IMG/VR virus record: IMGVR_UViG_3300008120_000087
Reading direction: 5' to 3' (one strand)
Length of the DNA: 20,000 nucleotides
Source of the DNA: an uncultured virus (IMG/VR IMGVR_UViG_3300008120_000087)
Taxonomy: Duplodnaviria > Heunggongvirae > Uroviricota > Caudoviricetes
This document shows positions 1 through 9,606 of this stretch, in pieces. The first letter of the stretch is position 1; each line of letters opens with the position of its first letter. Position numbers and translations under genes: made by a program. Below the pieces are notes generated by a model. The model worked only from the letters and a program-made list of their open reading frames with translations, had not been told where the DNA came from and did not search any database.

Positions 1-891
1 TGGGATTACGTGAATCAATTTGCCGAGTTTAGACAATACACACATAATGTAATTGCGAACTACAAGGGCGAAATGTTTACATTACCATTCAACATGTGGA
101 CATTCAATCAACTTTGGAAAGTCAACGAACCTGAAAGAGCGAAACAAATTATTGAGGAGATTAAATATAAGGGAAAGATAACCAATCTCGAAGAACAGGC
201 AATGTCAATGGTGGGTGATGAAATTTATCAGAAACTCATCAAGGGATATACTGAAAAACAATGGAACAAAAACTGTCAGGAACTACCCCCGTCAATTATC
301 AAAAGATTACCTTTAAGGTTTACTTGGGATAGTAATTACTTCAATGACAAATATACAGGGATGCCAATTGGAGGTTATACTCAAATATTTGAAAAGATGT
401 TACAGAAATGTGATGTTGAATTAGGGGTAGACTACTTCGAATCGAAGTTATATCATGATTCGCTAGCTCAAAAGGTAATCTACACAGGTCCCATAGATAG
501 ATTTTTTGACTACCTTTATGGAAATTTAGAATATAGAAGTTTGGAATGGGAAACAAAACGTTTGGAAAAAGATAATTTTCAAGGGGTTCCCGTGGTTAAC
601 TATACTGACCGAGAAACACCATACACAAGAATATTAGAACATAAGTGGTTTGACCCACAAAATCAAAAAGGAACAATTATTAGTTATGAATTCCCTGCAG
701 ATTATAATGGTGAGAATGAACCTTACTATCCAATAAGAGACGATAGAAATACCCTAATTTACGAAAAGTATAAAGAATTGACGAATGATTTACCAAATTA
801 TTATTTTGGTGGTAGATTAGCAACATACGTTTATTACGACATGCACCAAATAATTGCACAAGCGTTAAATTTGGTTAAGCAACTTGACTAA
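1..891 (+). CDS. glf: UDP-galactopyranose mutase (5' end lies outside the window)
   Basis: Frame is open from base 1 (WDYVNQF). Family motifs GYTEKQW, RLPLRFTWDSNYFND, YTGPIDRFFDY, LEYRSL, VVNYTD, TRILEHK, EPYYP, GRLATYVYYDMHQ. Confidence 0.95.
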   Translation, partial: WDYVNQFAEFRQYTHNVIANYKGEMFTLPFNMWTFNQLWKVNEPERAKQIIEEIKYKGKITNLEEQAMSMVGDEIYQKLIKGYTEKQWNKNCQELPPSIIKRLPLRFTWDSNYFNDKYTGMPIGGYTQIFEKMLQKCDVELGVDYFESKLYHDSLAQKVIYTGPIDRFFDYLYGNLEYRSLEWETKRLEKDNFQGVPVVNYTDRETPYTRILEHKWFDPQNQKGTIISYEFPADYNGENEPYYPIRDDRNTLIYEKYKELTNDLPNYYFGGRLATYVYYDMHQIIAQALNLVKQLD

Positions 892-932
892 GATGTCTTT
901 ATACACTATACTTCTGAACTAAATACAAATTT

Positions 933-1361
933 ATGAATATTAAACAAGCATTGAAATACAAGAACAAACTTGTAAAAAAAATCGGAGACGCGTTTCAAAA
1001 AGTGTATACATACAATACTGTTACCGATGGTCAGAACAGACCGTATGATGTTAACGATGCGCTTATGGAATATTTCAAATTGTCTTCAGAGTTGGTAAGT
1101 CTAAAAGAAAAAATACACCTTGCCAACCAACCAATATATGGTAAGATTTTTTTGATGTCCGAACTCAAGTCTCAGGCTCAAAAACTAGCCGCTCTAAGTT
1201 GTGAAGAGGGTAAAAGTAAAAACCGATACAGCGATGAGACTGAATATAAGACAAGTGTCATCAATATTATCTCAAGGGATAATATGATAAAAAATATCGA
1301 GGACCAAATCGAAATGTTACAGGATGAGTTAGATGCTCACAACGCAACAACTCAGATATAA
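933..1361 (+). CDS. DIP1984/DUF6847-like helical coiled-coil protein
   Basis: N-term MNIKQALKYKNKL, central LKEKIHLAN and C-term IEMLQDELDAHNATTQI match my recollection of this family. Confidence 0.6.
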   Translation: MNIKQALKYKNKLVKKIGDAFQKVYTYNTVTDGQNRPYDVNDALMEYFKLSSELVSLKEKIHLANQPIYGKIFLMSELKSQAQKLAALSCEEGKSKNRYSDETEYKTSVINIISRDNMIKNIEDQIEMLQDELDAHNATTQI

Positions 1362-1366
1362 GTTAT

Positions 1367-1559
1367 AAGGTCGGGTGGGATTGTGATAAAATCAGAGAGA
1401 TAGTTGGCTTCATGTCAACCAGCAACAATTATAGTATGTGATATCCGATGAAGATTTTGTTTAATCAAGATTCAAATCTCAAGTATTCAAAAACAGACCA
1501 ACCCTCATCCAATCAAAATTCATATAACTTTTTGATTTTTGAACTTTCTCCCTGACCTT
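1367..1559 (+). ncRNA. Putative structured RNA downstream of the DIP1984-like gene
   Basis: AAGGTCGGG (1367-1375) pairs with CCTGACCTT (1551-1559) with one G-U. Inner hairpin GTTGGC/GTCAAC. TCAA repeated at 1465, 1472, 1479, 1487. Confidence 0.5.
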
Positions 1560-1583
1560 TCCCTTTCATGGATATTTATTTAC

Positions 1584-1985
1584 ATGAAAGTTTGTCTCAA
1601 AAACATATCAAAATCAAATTTATCGGATTCAATTGATGTAATTAAGGATTTTTGTCAGTTATTACAAGATGAATTGAAATTAAAAAAAGACGTTCATATT
1701 CATTTTGAAAATGAGAGAAATGAAAATATGACAACAGGTGTTAGAATGCCCGAAAGTGAGATTTTTGTTCTTTGTAAAGGTAGACTTTTAATTGATATTT
1801 TAAGGACGTTAGCCCATGAATGGGTTCACGAATATCAACATCAGTCAATGGGTGTTCCTGAGGATGAACCTATACAAGATATTGGAGGTCCTGAAGAAAA
1901 TATGGCGAGTGTTCTATCATCCGTCTTTTTGAAAAAGTTTCAAAAACAATTTCCTCAACATATAAAAAAAATATTCGGAGAGTGA
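1584..1985 (+). CDS. HExxH zinc-metallopeptidase-like protein
   Basis: LAHEWVH plus downstream EENMA. Start moved to ATG 1584, 11 nt after TATTTAT (1573). Confidence 0.65.
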   Translation: MKVCLKNISKSNLSDSIDVIKDFCQLLQDELKLKKDVHIHFENERNENMTTGVRMPESEIFVLCKGRLLIDILRTLAHEWVHEYQHQSMGVPEDEPIQDIGGPEENMASVLSSVFLKKFQKQFPQHIKKIFGE

Positions 1986-2599
1986 TTTTACGTGAACAAA
2001 TATTAAGAATTAAAAGACTCATAAATGAGTTATCACCTGATTCTTCAGGTGTTCAGGAATTTCTTGATGACGTGAAAAAACATCCTGAGCTCCTCAAACA
2101 TTTGAAATTTAACAAATTCAAAGACTTAGAAGATTACGTCTATGATGCTGGCATTTCAGATTTTGATGACCTAAGAAATGAGGTCAACTATTTTATGGAG
2201 AGAAGGAAAAGATACTTGAAGTCAGAAATGGACGAAATAGAAAGAGTAGTTCAAGATTTGAATAGAGACGAAAATATCGATATATCTGTCGAAGATGTTT
2301 ATCGTGCATTAGACAACGCCATCGAAGTTAAAATACCCGACGAGGTTTGGAACAATCTTGAAAATACGGAATGTAATCAAATCAAAAAAGGTGAGATGAA
2401 AAAAGTAATGGCTCTTGCAAAAAAGTATAACAAACAAGACCCACGAGAGTTGAAAAAAGCCCTTCAAAGTGGTGACTACAAAAGACCACTAATACTCAAA
2501 TTTGGTGACAGATTCCATTTAGTTGCTGGTAACACAAGACTTTGCACTGCAGCTGCGATGGGAATCAAACCACAAGTTCTCATAGGAGAGATATTTTAA
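1982..2599 (+). CDS. ParB/Srx N-terminal-like domain protein with short leader
   Basis: C-terminal RPLILKFGDRFHLVAGNTRLCTAAAMG is a ParB-like GxxR motif. N-term MILREQILRIKRLINE resembles the leader at 7584. Confidence 0.6.
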   Translation: MILREQILRIKRLINELSPDSSGVQEFLDDVKKHPELLKHLKFNKFKDLEDYVYDAGISDFDDLRNEVNYFMERRKRYLKSEMDEIERVVQDLNRDENIDISVEDVYRALDNAIEVKIPDEVWNNLENTECNQIKKGEMKKVMALAKKYNKQDPRELKKALQSGDYKRPLILKFGDRFHLVAGNTRLCTAAAMGIKPQVLIGEIF

Positions 2600-2610
2600 T
2601 AGACAATATA

Positions 2611-2641
2611 TTTGAAGATACAAAATATTTTACTATTTTTG
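2611..2641 (+). promoter_or_regulatory. Bacteroidota sigma70-type promoter (-33/-7)
   Basis: TTTG (2611-14), N19, TATTTTTG (2634-41). The umuD start is 12 nt after the first base of the -7 box. Confidence 0.7.
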
Positions 2642-2645
2642 TATC

Positions 2646-2963
2646 GTGAATACAACTGCGAAAGAGTTAAATATTAAGTCAAGAACAACAGGATTTGCAT
2701 CTCCCGCCGAATCTTATGTAGACAAACGTTTAGACCTCAATGATTTAATCATTCAGAACACGTATACGACCTTTTATTTCCGTTATATGGGTCCAAACAC
2801 ACTTGGAGTCAAGACAGGAAATATCCTCGTCATAGACCGTTCTATTGACCCTACAGAAGGTGAGTTAGTTGTCCTCACAGAGAAAGACCATTTTAAAATT
2901 AGAAAATACGAAGGACAAGAGAATGTTTGGGGGAGAGTCTCTTGGATTTTAAACAAGTTATAA
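2646..2963 (+). CDS. umuD: UmuD-like protein, catalytic residues apparently degenerate
   Basis: GFASPAESYVDKRLDLNDLII and ILVIDRS are typical. GDSM is replaced by GPNT and FTVKKL by FKIRKY. Confidence 0.85.
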   Translation: MNTTAKELNIKSRTTGFASPAESYVDKRLDLNDLIIQNTYTTFYFRYMGPNTLGVKTGNILVIDRSIDPTEGELVVLTEKDHFKIRKYEGQENVWGRVSWILNKL

Positions 2964-2964
2964 G

Positions 2965-3534
2965 ATGAAGAATTTAATTATCATTGCACATCCTGACAAA
3001 CAGAGTTTTTGTTACAACGGAATACAAAAAACAATTGCAGATACCTTAGAATCTAATAAAGAAGATTTCTATATTGTAGACCTCTATGCGGAAAACAAGA
3101 CATTTGATTTTGGTAAAGATAAAGTTAGGGAATATAAAGACTTAATTACATGGACAGATAGAATATATTTCATATCTCCTGTTTGGTGGTTTAGGACAAC
3201 ACCAATGTTAGAGGCGTTCTTTGACCAAATATTCACACCAGGGTTTGCATACAAGTTCATACCAGTCACAAAAAAATACGGATATCCAAAACCTTTGTTG
3301 AAGGATAAAAAGGTTCGAACTTATTTGACTCATGGTGCACCATCATTACCCGTCCTTACTTTATATCTAAACTCAGTTAAACTAAGATTAGTAATGGGGG
3401 TTTATTCATTTGTTTTTGGTTGGTTCAGAACAAAGACACGTCAGTTTTGGAGTGTTCCATTCGTGAGTCAAAATGAGAGATTGGTCTATCTCGATAAAGT
3501 AAAATCAGATGTAAGAGGAGATTTAAAAAAATGA
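2965..3534 (+). CDS. Flavodoxin-like NAD(P)H dehydrogenase (quinone), Flavodoxin_2 family
   Basis: LIIIAHP...SF, ISPVWWF..PMLEAFFDQIFTPGFAY, LLKDKK, THGAP. Confidence 0.88.
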   Translation: MKNLIIIAHPDKQSFCYNGIQKTIADTLESNKEDFYIVDLYAENKTFDFGKDKVREYKDLITWTDRIYFISPVWWFRTTPMLEAFFDQIFTPGFAYKFIPVTKKYGYPKPLLKDKKVRTYLTHGAPSLPVLTLYLNSVKLRLVMGVYSFVFGWFRTKTRQFWSVPFVSQNERLVYLDKVKSDVRGDLKK

Positions 3535-3911
3535 AATATAGAACAAGAAAGTTAATTAAACCGAGTGATTTGAATGCTAGGGGAACATTATTTGGAGGAC
3601 AAGTTTTAAAGTGGATTGACGAAGAGGCTGCAATATTTGCTGTCTGTCAATTAGGAGAAAGAAACATTGTAACCAAAGCGATGAGTGAAATAAATTTTGT
3701 TTCAACCGCAGTGGTAGGTGATATAGTGGAATTTGGTATGGAACTGATTAATGTTGGAAATACCTCAATTACAATTGCGTGTGATGTTAGAAACAAAATG
3801 ACAAAACAATCTGTAATCAAAATTGACAAAATTGTTTTTGTTAATTTAGATGAGAATGGAAAACCAAAACCACACGGAAAACCTAAAATAGATAAAAATG
3901 CAGTCCAATAA
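3531..3911 (+). CDS. Hotdog-fold acyl-CoA thioesterase
   Basis: [41 protein letters not shown]. Confidence 0.9.
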   Translation: MKYRTRKLIKPSDLNARGTLFGGQVLKWIDEEAAIFAVCQLGERNIVTKAMSEINFVSTAVVGDIVEFGMELINVGNTSITIACDVRNKMTKQSVIKIDKIVFVNLDENGKPKPHGKPKIDKNAVQ

Positions 3912-5106
3912 AAAAATCGGTATTGTAGATTGTAACAATTTTTACGTTAGTTGTGAAAGAGTTTTCAATCCAATCTCCATTGGGAGACCTACAGTTGTTT
4001 TATCTAACAACGATGGTTGTGTTATTGCCCGCTCTCAAGAAGCCAAAGCCCTTGGAATCAAAATGGGTGAACCTTTCTTTATGAAAAAAGACTTCATGGA
4101 AGAACATAGATTCTGTGTTTATTCATCAAACTATAACTTGTATGGAGATATGTCAGACAGAGTCATGACAACCATAAAGAAGTATGCTAAAGAAGTTGAG
4201 GTCTATTCTATTGATGAGTGTTTTGTGGATTTTTCTAATATACCCGATGATGAACTTTTAGATAGATTACATCTTATTCGTAATGAGGTTAAAAGACTTA
4301 CAGGAGTTCCTGTTTCAATAGGTGTCGGTCCAAATAAGACATTAGCCAAACTTACATCACATATAGCCAAACAACAACAATCATACGATGGTGTTTGTTC
4401 ATATTGGAGTTTGCATGATTTTAGGGAATCACTTTACACAATATCTGTAGATGAGGTTTGGGGTATTGGTAGACAGTGGAATAAAAAATTAAAAAACTTA
4501 GGAGTTGAGAGTGTTGGTCAATTTGTTATGATGTCTGATAGTATTGTCAGAAAAATGATGAATGTAAATGGACTTAGAACAAAGTGTGAACTTCTTGGTA
4601 TGTATTGTCATCCTGTAAAACCATTACCAAAGTTAAAAAAGAACATAGCATCAACAAGGTCATTCGGACAAGACGTAAATGATTTTAATCAATTATCTGA
4701 GGCCATGTATACATATATTAAAAACGGGGTGAAAAAACTTATTGATAATGAAATATCACCAAACCGAGCAACCATATTTTTAAGTGGAAATGTTCATAAA
4801 GGTGAAAAACATTACTCGAGTAAACAGATTACATTTCAAAAACAAACAAGAGATGTGGATGAAATATGGAGCCAGGTATATCCACACTTAAAGAAAATTT
4901 ATAACTCAAGTAAGAATTATAAAAAATGTGGAATTATATTTAATGAACTTATGCCCGAGAATATAGAACAACCCACTTTATTTACAACTTCAATACAGTT
5001 AGTTCAGGCACCCATAAACAAAAAAAAAGAGTGGGAGATGAGACAAGATTTCATGTCCCAAAAGTATACCACATCTTGGGATGAAATACCCAAAGTTTTC
5101 GTATGA
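3898..5106 (+). CDS. umuC: Y-family DNA polymerase V subunit UmuC
   Basis: [42 protein letters not shown], and C-terminal WEMRQ...YTTSW. Confidence 0.95.
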   Translation: MQSNKKIGIVDCNNFYVSCERVFNPISIGRPTVVLSNNDGCVIARSQEAKALGIKMGEPFFMKKDFMEEHRFCVYSSNYNLYGDMSDRVMTTIKKYAKEVEVYSIDECFVDFSNIPDDELLDRLHLIRNEVKRLTGVPVSIGVGPNKTLAKLTSHIAKQQQSYDGVCSYWSLHDFRESLYTISVDEVWGIGRQWNKKLKNLGVESVGQFVMMSDSIVRKMMNVNGLRTKCELLGMYCHPVKPLPKLKKNIASTRSFGQDVNDFNQLSEAMYTYIKNGVKKLIDNEISPNRATIFLSGNVHKGEKHYSSKQITFQKQTRDVDEIWSQVYPHLKKIYNSSKNYKKCGIIFNELMPENIEQPTLFTTSIQLVQAPINKKKEWEMRQDFMSQKYTTSWDEIPKVFV

Positions 5107-5687
5107 ACATATCAGAAATTAATAAATCATTTGTTTGGTTACAAGCTAGAACAGGTTCGGTTCATTGTGTAAAAGTTTTGAAAAACTACGGATTTTCAAC
5201 TTACAAAAAAACGCCTGATGGTTTGAAAGTAATCCCGTTAAACAATAACCATTCCTTCGATTATCCAAGCGGACACAAAGATTATATTTTTTTATCTACG
5301 GCTCGAAATCCATTTTCAAGAATTTTATCTTTTTATAAATTTAATCACAAAAATCCGAATATTTGGAGTCCTGAAAGTTTTCAGAACTATTTTTATATGA
5401 ACTTTCCTAAAACAACATTGAGATGTATAATTTGGCCATTTAAGGAAAGGACTCCGGATTATTTTATCAGAATCGAAAATCTTTATGATGATTACAATAA
5501 AATACCTTTCATAGCAAATTCCGATTTCGATAAATTAGTTCAAATTAGAAATTTATGTTCTATTAAAGATAATGATACCGATGTCATAAATGACGTTGAC
5601 AAATATTTCACTCAGGAAATCAAAGATATTATTTTTTCCTGTTCTCAAGACTACTGTAGTATGTTAAACTATGATTATCCATTCTGA
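5103..5687 (+). CDS. Sulfotransferase family protein (Sulfotransfer_2-like)
   Basis: 5'-PSB-like ARTGS, 3'-[20 protein letters not shown]. Confidence 0.75.
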   Translation: MNISEINKSFVWLQARTGSVHCVKVLKNYGFSTYKKTPDGLKVIPLNNNHSFDYPSGHKDYIFLSTARNPFSRILSFYKFNHKNPNIWSPESFQNYFYMNFPKTTLRCIIWPFKERTPDYFIRIENLYDDYNKIPFIANSDFDKLVQIRNLCSIKDNDTDVINDVDKYFTQEIKDIIFSCSQDYCSMLNYDYPF

Positions 5688-5689
5688 CA

Positions 5690-6307
5690 ATGAGAACAAC
5701 TAAATTGTTAAATATATCTGAGGAAATGAAATCATTTCTTTGGACACCACCCAAAACAGGTTCACACCATGCGGTAACAGTATTCAGTTGTCTACCTTTC
5801 ACTTTCATGGAGTGCAGTTCAGATAGGTCTGAAGTTAAGAGGAAATCCAATTTTCCAGGTCATTTCCACAACACGGATTTGTTTGACGGTCACGAAAACT
5901 ACTCTCTCATTTGCACGGCTAGAAACCCACTCACAAGATTGGTCTCAGCCTACAAATTCCAAAACCAAGTTAAGGAAATCAGTCCAAAAGGATTCAAGGA
6001 ATTTTTTTCGAATTACATCAGGAGCACATCATTTGATTATTTTCTTTCAGGGACTGTCGAAGTTCCTAGAGTTCCTGATTTTTATGTCAGAACCGAGAGT
6101 TTATATGAAGATTACGTAAAAATTCCATTCATATCAGATAGTAATCTTTCCAAATCAGGTTTATTGAAAGAGCTTTGTGGAAAACTCAAAAATGAGTCCC
6201 ACAGGGAGTTGGATTTAAAAGAATGTTATACAGATGATATGATTGAATACTTATACGAAAAAAATCGTTGGTATTTTGATAAATTGGGTTATGAACCAAA
6301 AATATGA
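5690..6307 (+). CDS. Sulfotransferase family protein, tandem paralog of 5103-5687
   Basis: PPKTGS, ARNPLTRLVSAY, VRTESLYEDY.KIPFI, C-terminal LGY. Confidence 0.8.
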   Translation: MRTTKLLNISEEMKSFLWTPPKTGSHHAVTVFSCLPFTFMECSSDRSEVKRKSNFPGHFHNTDLFDGHENYSLICTARNPLTRLVSAYKFQNQVKEISPKGFKEFFSNYIRSTSFDYFLSGTVEVPRVPDFYVRTESLYEDYVKIPFISDSNLSKSGLLKELCGKLKNESHRELDLKECYTDDMIEYLYEKNRWYFDKLGYEPKI

Positions 6308-6489
6308 GTGATAAGAAACAAACAGGAATTTTTATTCCGATTAAGGTTGGTGATATAATTTACACGGGTAGATTTAGAAATAGAAGAACCACGGTCAAGA
6401 CAATCGGTGTTGATGAATTTGGTATGCCAACAATCAATGGAAAGCGGGTTTGTAATTTCAAAATTACGAATAAGGAGAAAAAAGATTAG
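6304..6489 (+). CDS. Small hypothetical phage protein (SH3/KOW-like)
   Basis: Coupled ATGA overlap with the upstream gene. IKVGDIIYTGRF...IGVDEFGMPTING. Confidence 0.6.
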   Translation: MSDKKQTGIFIPIKVGDIIYTGRFRNRRTTVKTIGVDEFGMPTINGKRVCNFKITNKEKKD

Positions 6490-7235
6490 ATTTTTTTGTG
6501 ATAAATCGATGCAACAAAGTAATCGATATCTCCACCTGATTTTTTGAATTCCTCCTCAGGATTTATTTTTACAAAATCGTTTTTGGATTTACCAGTATCA
6601 CTTGAACTATCCTTATACCAAACATTCGAATATTTTGGTAAAACTTTCGACCATATTCTGAATGAACCTGTGAACAACACCGAACTACTCATAAGGTAAT
6701 CACAGTTCTCAAGTATCGAAAGATACATTTTAAGACCATAACCCATCCCGATTAATTTTCTCTCGGCTGCAGATGTTTGAACAGTTAATGAATTACCTTT
6801 CATATTCGCCTCATCTGTCGAAATTTTACCTACAAAAATTTGAAACATTGGGTCAAAAAAATAAAACTCTTTCTCACTCCCGTTTTTATTGATAAAATAA
6901 CTCAAACCTAATCCTGCTGATTTGAGATTGAATATTTTTTTTGCTAAGTAGTAAGCGAAACCCGTTAATGAGTCGTATCGAGTAAGTTCTCTTGGCTTGG
7001 TTTGTTGCCTTAATCCGAAGTAATTGTATAAGTCGAGGAGTTTGTAATCGGTGATTTTTGTAGGCTGATAACCCAATTTATCAATGTAATATTTTTTTGC
7101 TAATTTGGAAAATTCTTTGAACTTCAATTTCTCACTCATCATCTTTAAAAAATCCTCTAATGGTTGAGTTTCGAAATGGCCTCTAGACCTGTGAAGTTCA
7201 TTTATTTCTATATCTTTTTTTTCGTAAATTAACAT
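6486..7235 (-). CDS. Hypothetical protein with C-terminal GNAT-like acetyltransferase region
   Basis: LIGMGYGLKMY resembles GNAT motif A, followed by SSS..TGSFRIW. Confidence 0.5.
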   Translation of the reverse strand: MLIYEKKDIEINELHRSRGHFETQPLEDFLKMMSEKLKFKEFSKLAKKYYIDKLGYQPTKITDYKLLDLYNYFGLRQQTKPRELTRYDSLTGFAYYLAKKIFNLKSAGLGLSYFINKNGSEKEFYFFDPMFQIFVGKISTDEANMKGNSLTVQTSAAERKLIGMGYGLKMYLSILENCDYLMSSSVLFTGSFRIWSKVLPKYSNVWYKDSSSDTGKSKNDFVKINPEEEFKKSGGDIDYFVASIYHKKI

Positions 7236-7243
7236 ATCAATAC

Positions 7244-7519
7244 TTATTCGTCACACTTTTTTGCCGTAGAACCGACCATCACATCAATTCCCGTAAAATT
7301 TTTTATAGATTCTTTGACACCGTTTCTCATTCTCTTTGCAACAAATTCAGGTTTTGTTTGAATTGATTGGACAAAGTCGATGTTCAGAATAATGTATACC
7401 CAAATATTATCGTGCTCATCAAGTTCCTTATCAATGAAGAAACCACATATCCCTTCAACATCCCATTGATTGAGGAAGTTTTCGAGAACCGAAACAATTT
7501 TATCATGTTTGTTTTCCAT
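7244..7519 (-). CDS. Hypothetical phage protein
   Basis: Start moved to MENKHDK (7519), 12 nt after the minus-strand TATTTAT (7531-7525). Confidence 0.7.
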   Translation of the reverse strand: MENKHDKIVSVLENFLNQWDVEGICGFFIDKELDEHDNIWVYIILNIDFVQSIQTKPEFVAKRMRNGVKESIKNFTGIDVMVGSTAKKCDE

Positions 7520-7524
7520 TATTA

Positions 7525-7577
7525 ATAAATATAACAAAGAAATATTCAAAACAATTGTTTGGACCTCAGATATTTAT
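7525..7577. promoter_or_regulatory. Divergent pair of TATTTAT promoter-like motifs
   Basis: ATAAATA 7525-31 serves the minus gene and TATTTAT 7571-77 serves the plus gene. Each is in the sense orientation of its own gene. Confidence 0.6.
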
Positions 7578-7583
7578 TTTTGG

Positions 7584-8921
7584 ATGAATCTGCAAGAAAA
7601 CATACGAAGAATCAGAGTTCTCATGGGGGAAGCGGTCGAAGACGAAAGTTTCGAAATATCCTATGACGTTGACCCTAAAATTAAGGATTTACAAAATTTC
7701 TTAACATCAAAGAAATATTACATTGGAAAGTTTGGTCCGAACAAGGATGGTGTTGACGGGAAGTATGGTCCATTCACAAAGGCGGCACACGAGGCATTTA
7801 AAGCTGGAATGAAACCAGAGGTTTTCAACAATCGAAGAGAACAAATTGCGCAGAAATATATTGGTGATGTAAAAGATGAGACACTCAGTAAAGAGTTCAA
7901 TTTTCACTTGATTCCTGATGGGAAAAATAATTACCGTTCTGCACAGATACCTGTAACACTTAATGGTAAAGATTATTTGTCAGAGCTTATCGACAAATAC
8001 CGAATAAAAACTATCATCAGATTCAACGGAGACGGTCGTGATTCAAGACATTACTCGACACACCCGATGACAACAATACAATCAGAAAAGAATTTAGCAG
8101 AATCAAAAGGGGTTAAATTCTTTAAACTTTCATCTACTAAAGACCAAGATAAAGTTAATTCATTACTTAGCCAAGGTAATGTTCTCATACACTGTGCTCA
8201 CGGTGCCGATAGAACAGGTGGAAATGTTGGAGGTTACCTTTACCAAAACGGTTGGGGTGACACTAAAAAAATATGGGATTATACAACTAACTACAATGGT
8301 TGGAACCGAATGCTAATGTCTAATCCAAAACTTTTTGTCATGACAGGGTTTTTACCACAAGCACAAAAATTCGGTGTGAAGGATTTAGAACAAGCCATAG
8401 ACTTAGCCAATAACAAAAAGACGATAACTAAAGGTAAGAATACTATTTCTCAAGGTAAAAATATCATTATTGGGGATTCACAAGTCCCATATGTTGATAT
8501 GAATACAACTAAAGCGTCGAGGTTGACCAAATCAGGTGGAATTGATGGTCTTTGGGAAGGTGGAAAAACTGTTTCATGGTTGACAGACGCAGTTTCACAA
8601 TATCCCAAGAGTAATGACGTTTCCAATGTAATTATAGTAATTGGGACTAATGGGGGATTTGGTAAATTTACCAAGGATGATATACCCAGATTGTTTAGCG
8701 TTCTGAAATCAAAGTTTCCAAACGCTAACTTTTACGTCGTTCAAGGTTCTTGGGGATGGGGTGGATTGAAAAACATAACAGAAAAAGAAGTGAGAAATTA
8801 CTATAAACAATTTAAACAACAGGGGGCAACCTTGATTGAACCACCGATAGGTAAAATTGAGCCACATTCGAATCATCCTATTTATCAATCTATTGGTTCG
8901 AGTATTGATGGTATGTTATAA
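7584..8921 (+). CDS. Leader + peptidoglycan-binding domain + Cys-based tyrosine/dual-specificity phosphatase + SGNH hydrolase fusion
   Basis: IKDLQNFL...GVDGKYGPFTKAA (PG-binding). YRSAQ, IKTII and HCAHGADRTG (CX5R). IIIGDSQ and IVIGTNG (SGNH). Confidence 0.75.
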   Translation: MNLQENIRRIRVLMGEAVEDESFEISYDVDPKIKDLQNFLTSKKYYIGKFGPNKDGVDGKYGPFTKAAHEAFKAGMKPEVFNNRREQIAQKYIGDVKDETLSKEFNFHLIPDGKNNYRSAQIPVTLNGKDYLSELIDKYRIKTIIRFNGDGRDSRHYSTHPMTTIQSEKNLAESKGVKFFKLSSTKDQDKVNSLLSQGNVLIHCAHGADRTGGNVGGYLYQNGWGDTKKIWDYTTNYNGWNRMLMSNPKLFVMTGFLPQAQKFGVKDLEQAIDLANNKKTITKGKNTISQGKNIIIGDSQVPYVDMNTTKASRLTKSGGIDGLWEGGKTVSWLTDAVSQYPKSNDVSNVIIVIGTNGGFGKFTKDDIPRLFSVLKSKFPNANFYVVQGSWGWGGLKNITEKEVRNYYKQFKQQGATLIEPPIGKIEPHSNHPIYQSIGSSIDGML

Positions 8922-8931
8922 ATAAAAAGGA

Positions 8932-9606
8932 ATGAAGATAAGATTAACTGAAGAAAAATTAGTCCAAATTATAACTGAAATTGTTGAACAAGTTAATCAA
9001 CAACCAACAAAGTTATTGGAGGTTCCTCATTTTTTGCAATCAGATGATAGCACCTGTGGACCCGCATCACTCAGGATGGTATTTGGTTACTACGGAAAAA
9101 ACATGAGTGAAAAAGATATTGCGGAGATTTGTGACCATACCTATGAATTGGGGTGTAAAAGTGAAGATATGGCATGTGCTGCAGAGGCACTCGGATTTGA
9201 TGTTTATCTTAAAAATAATTCTACAATTGATGAAGTTATTAAGTTGGTTGATGCTAACGTCCCTGTAATTGTTGATTGGTTTTGTGGTGACCCACCTGAA
9301 GGTCACTCTTCAGTTGTTATAGGGTATAATGATGATAACTTATTCATACTTGACCCTTACTTAGAAGAAATGAGGGTTGTCAGTAAAACTGACTTCAGAA
9401 GATGTTGGTTTGACTTTTACGAAACGCCAATCAATCCACAAAACTTATACGTCGGACAAATAATTGTCATAAGACCTAAGTCGGGTCAAAAGATGGAACA
9501 AACAGAAGGAGAACTGAAAGAGAGATGCTGGAAAGGATACACCCAAAAGGGTATGAAAACGATGTTTGGGAAAAGATACCCAAACTGTGTAAAAATAAAA
9601 AAATAA
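8932..9606 (+). CDS. Leader + C39-like cysteine peptidase + C-terminal CWKGY..PNCV motif
   Basis: QSDDSTCGPASL, GHSSVVIG, ILDP. N-term MKIRLTEEKLVQIITEIVEQ. Confidence 0.82.
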   Translation: MKIRLTEEKLVQIITEIVEQVNQQPTKLLEVPHFLQSDDSTCGPASLRMVFGYYGKNMSEKDIAEICDHTYELGCKSEDMACAAEALGFDVYLKNNSTIDEVIKLVDANVPVIVDWFCGDPPEGHSSVVIGYNDDNLFILDPYLEEMRVVSKTDFRRCWFDFYETPINPQNLYVGQIIVIRPKSGQKMEQTEGELKERCWKGYTQKGMKTMFGKRYPNCVKIKK

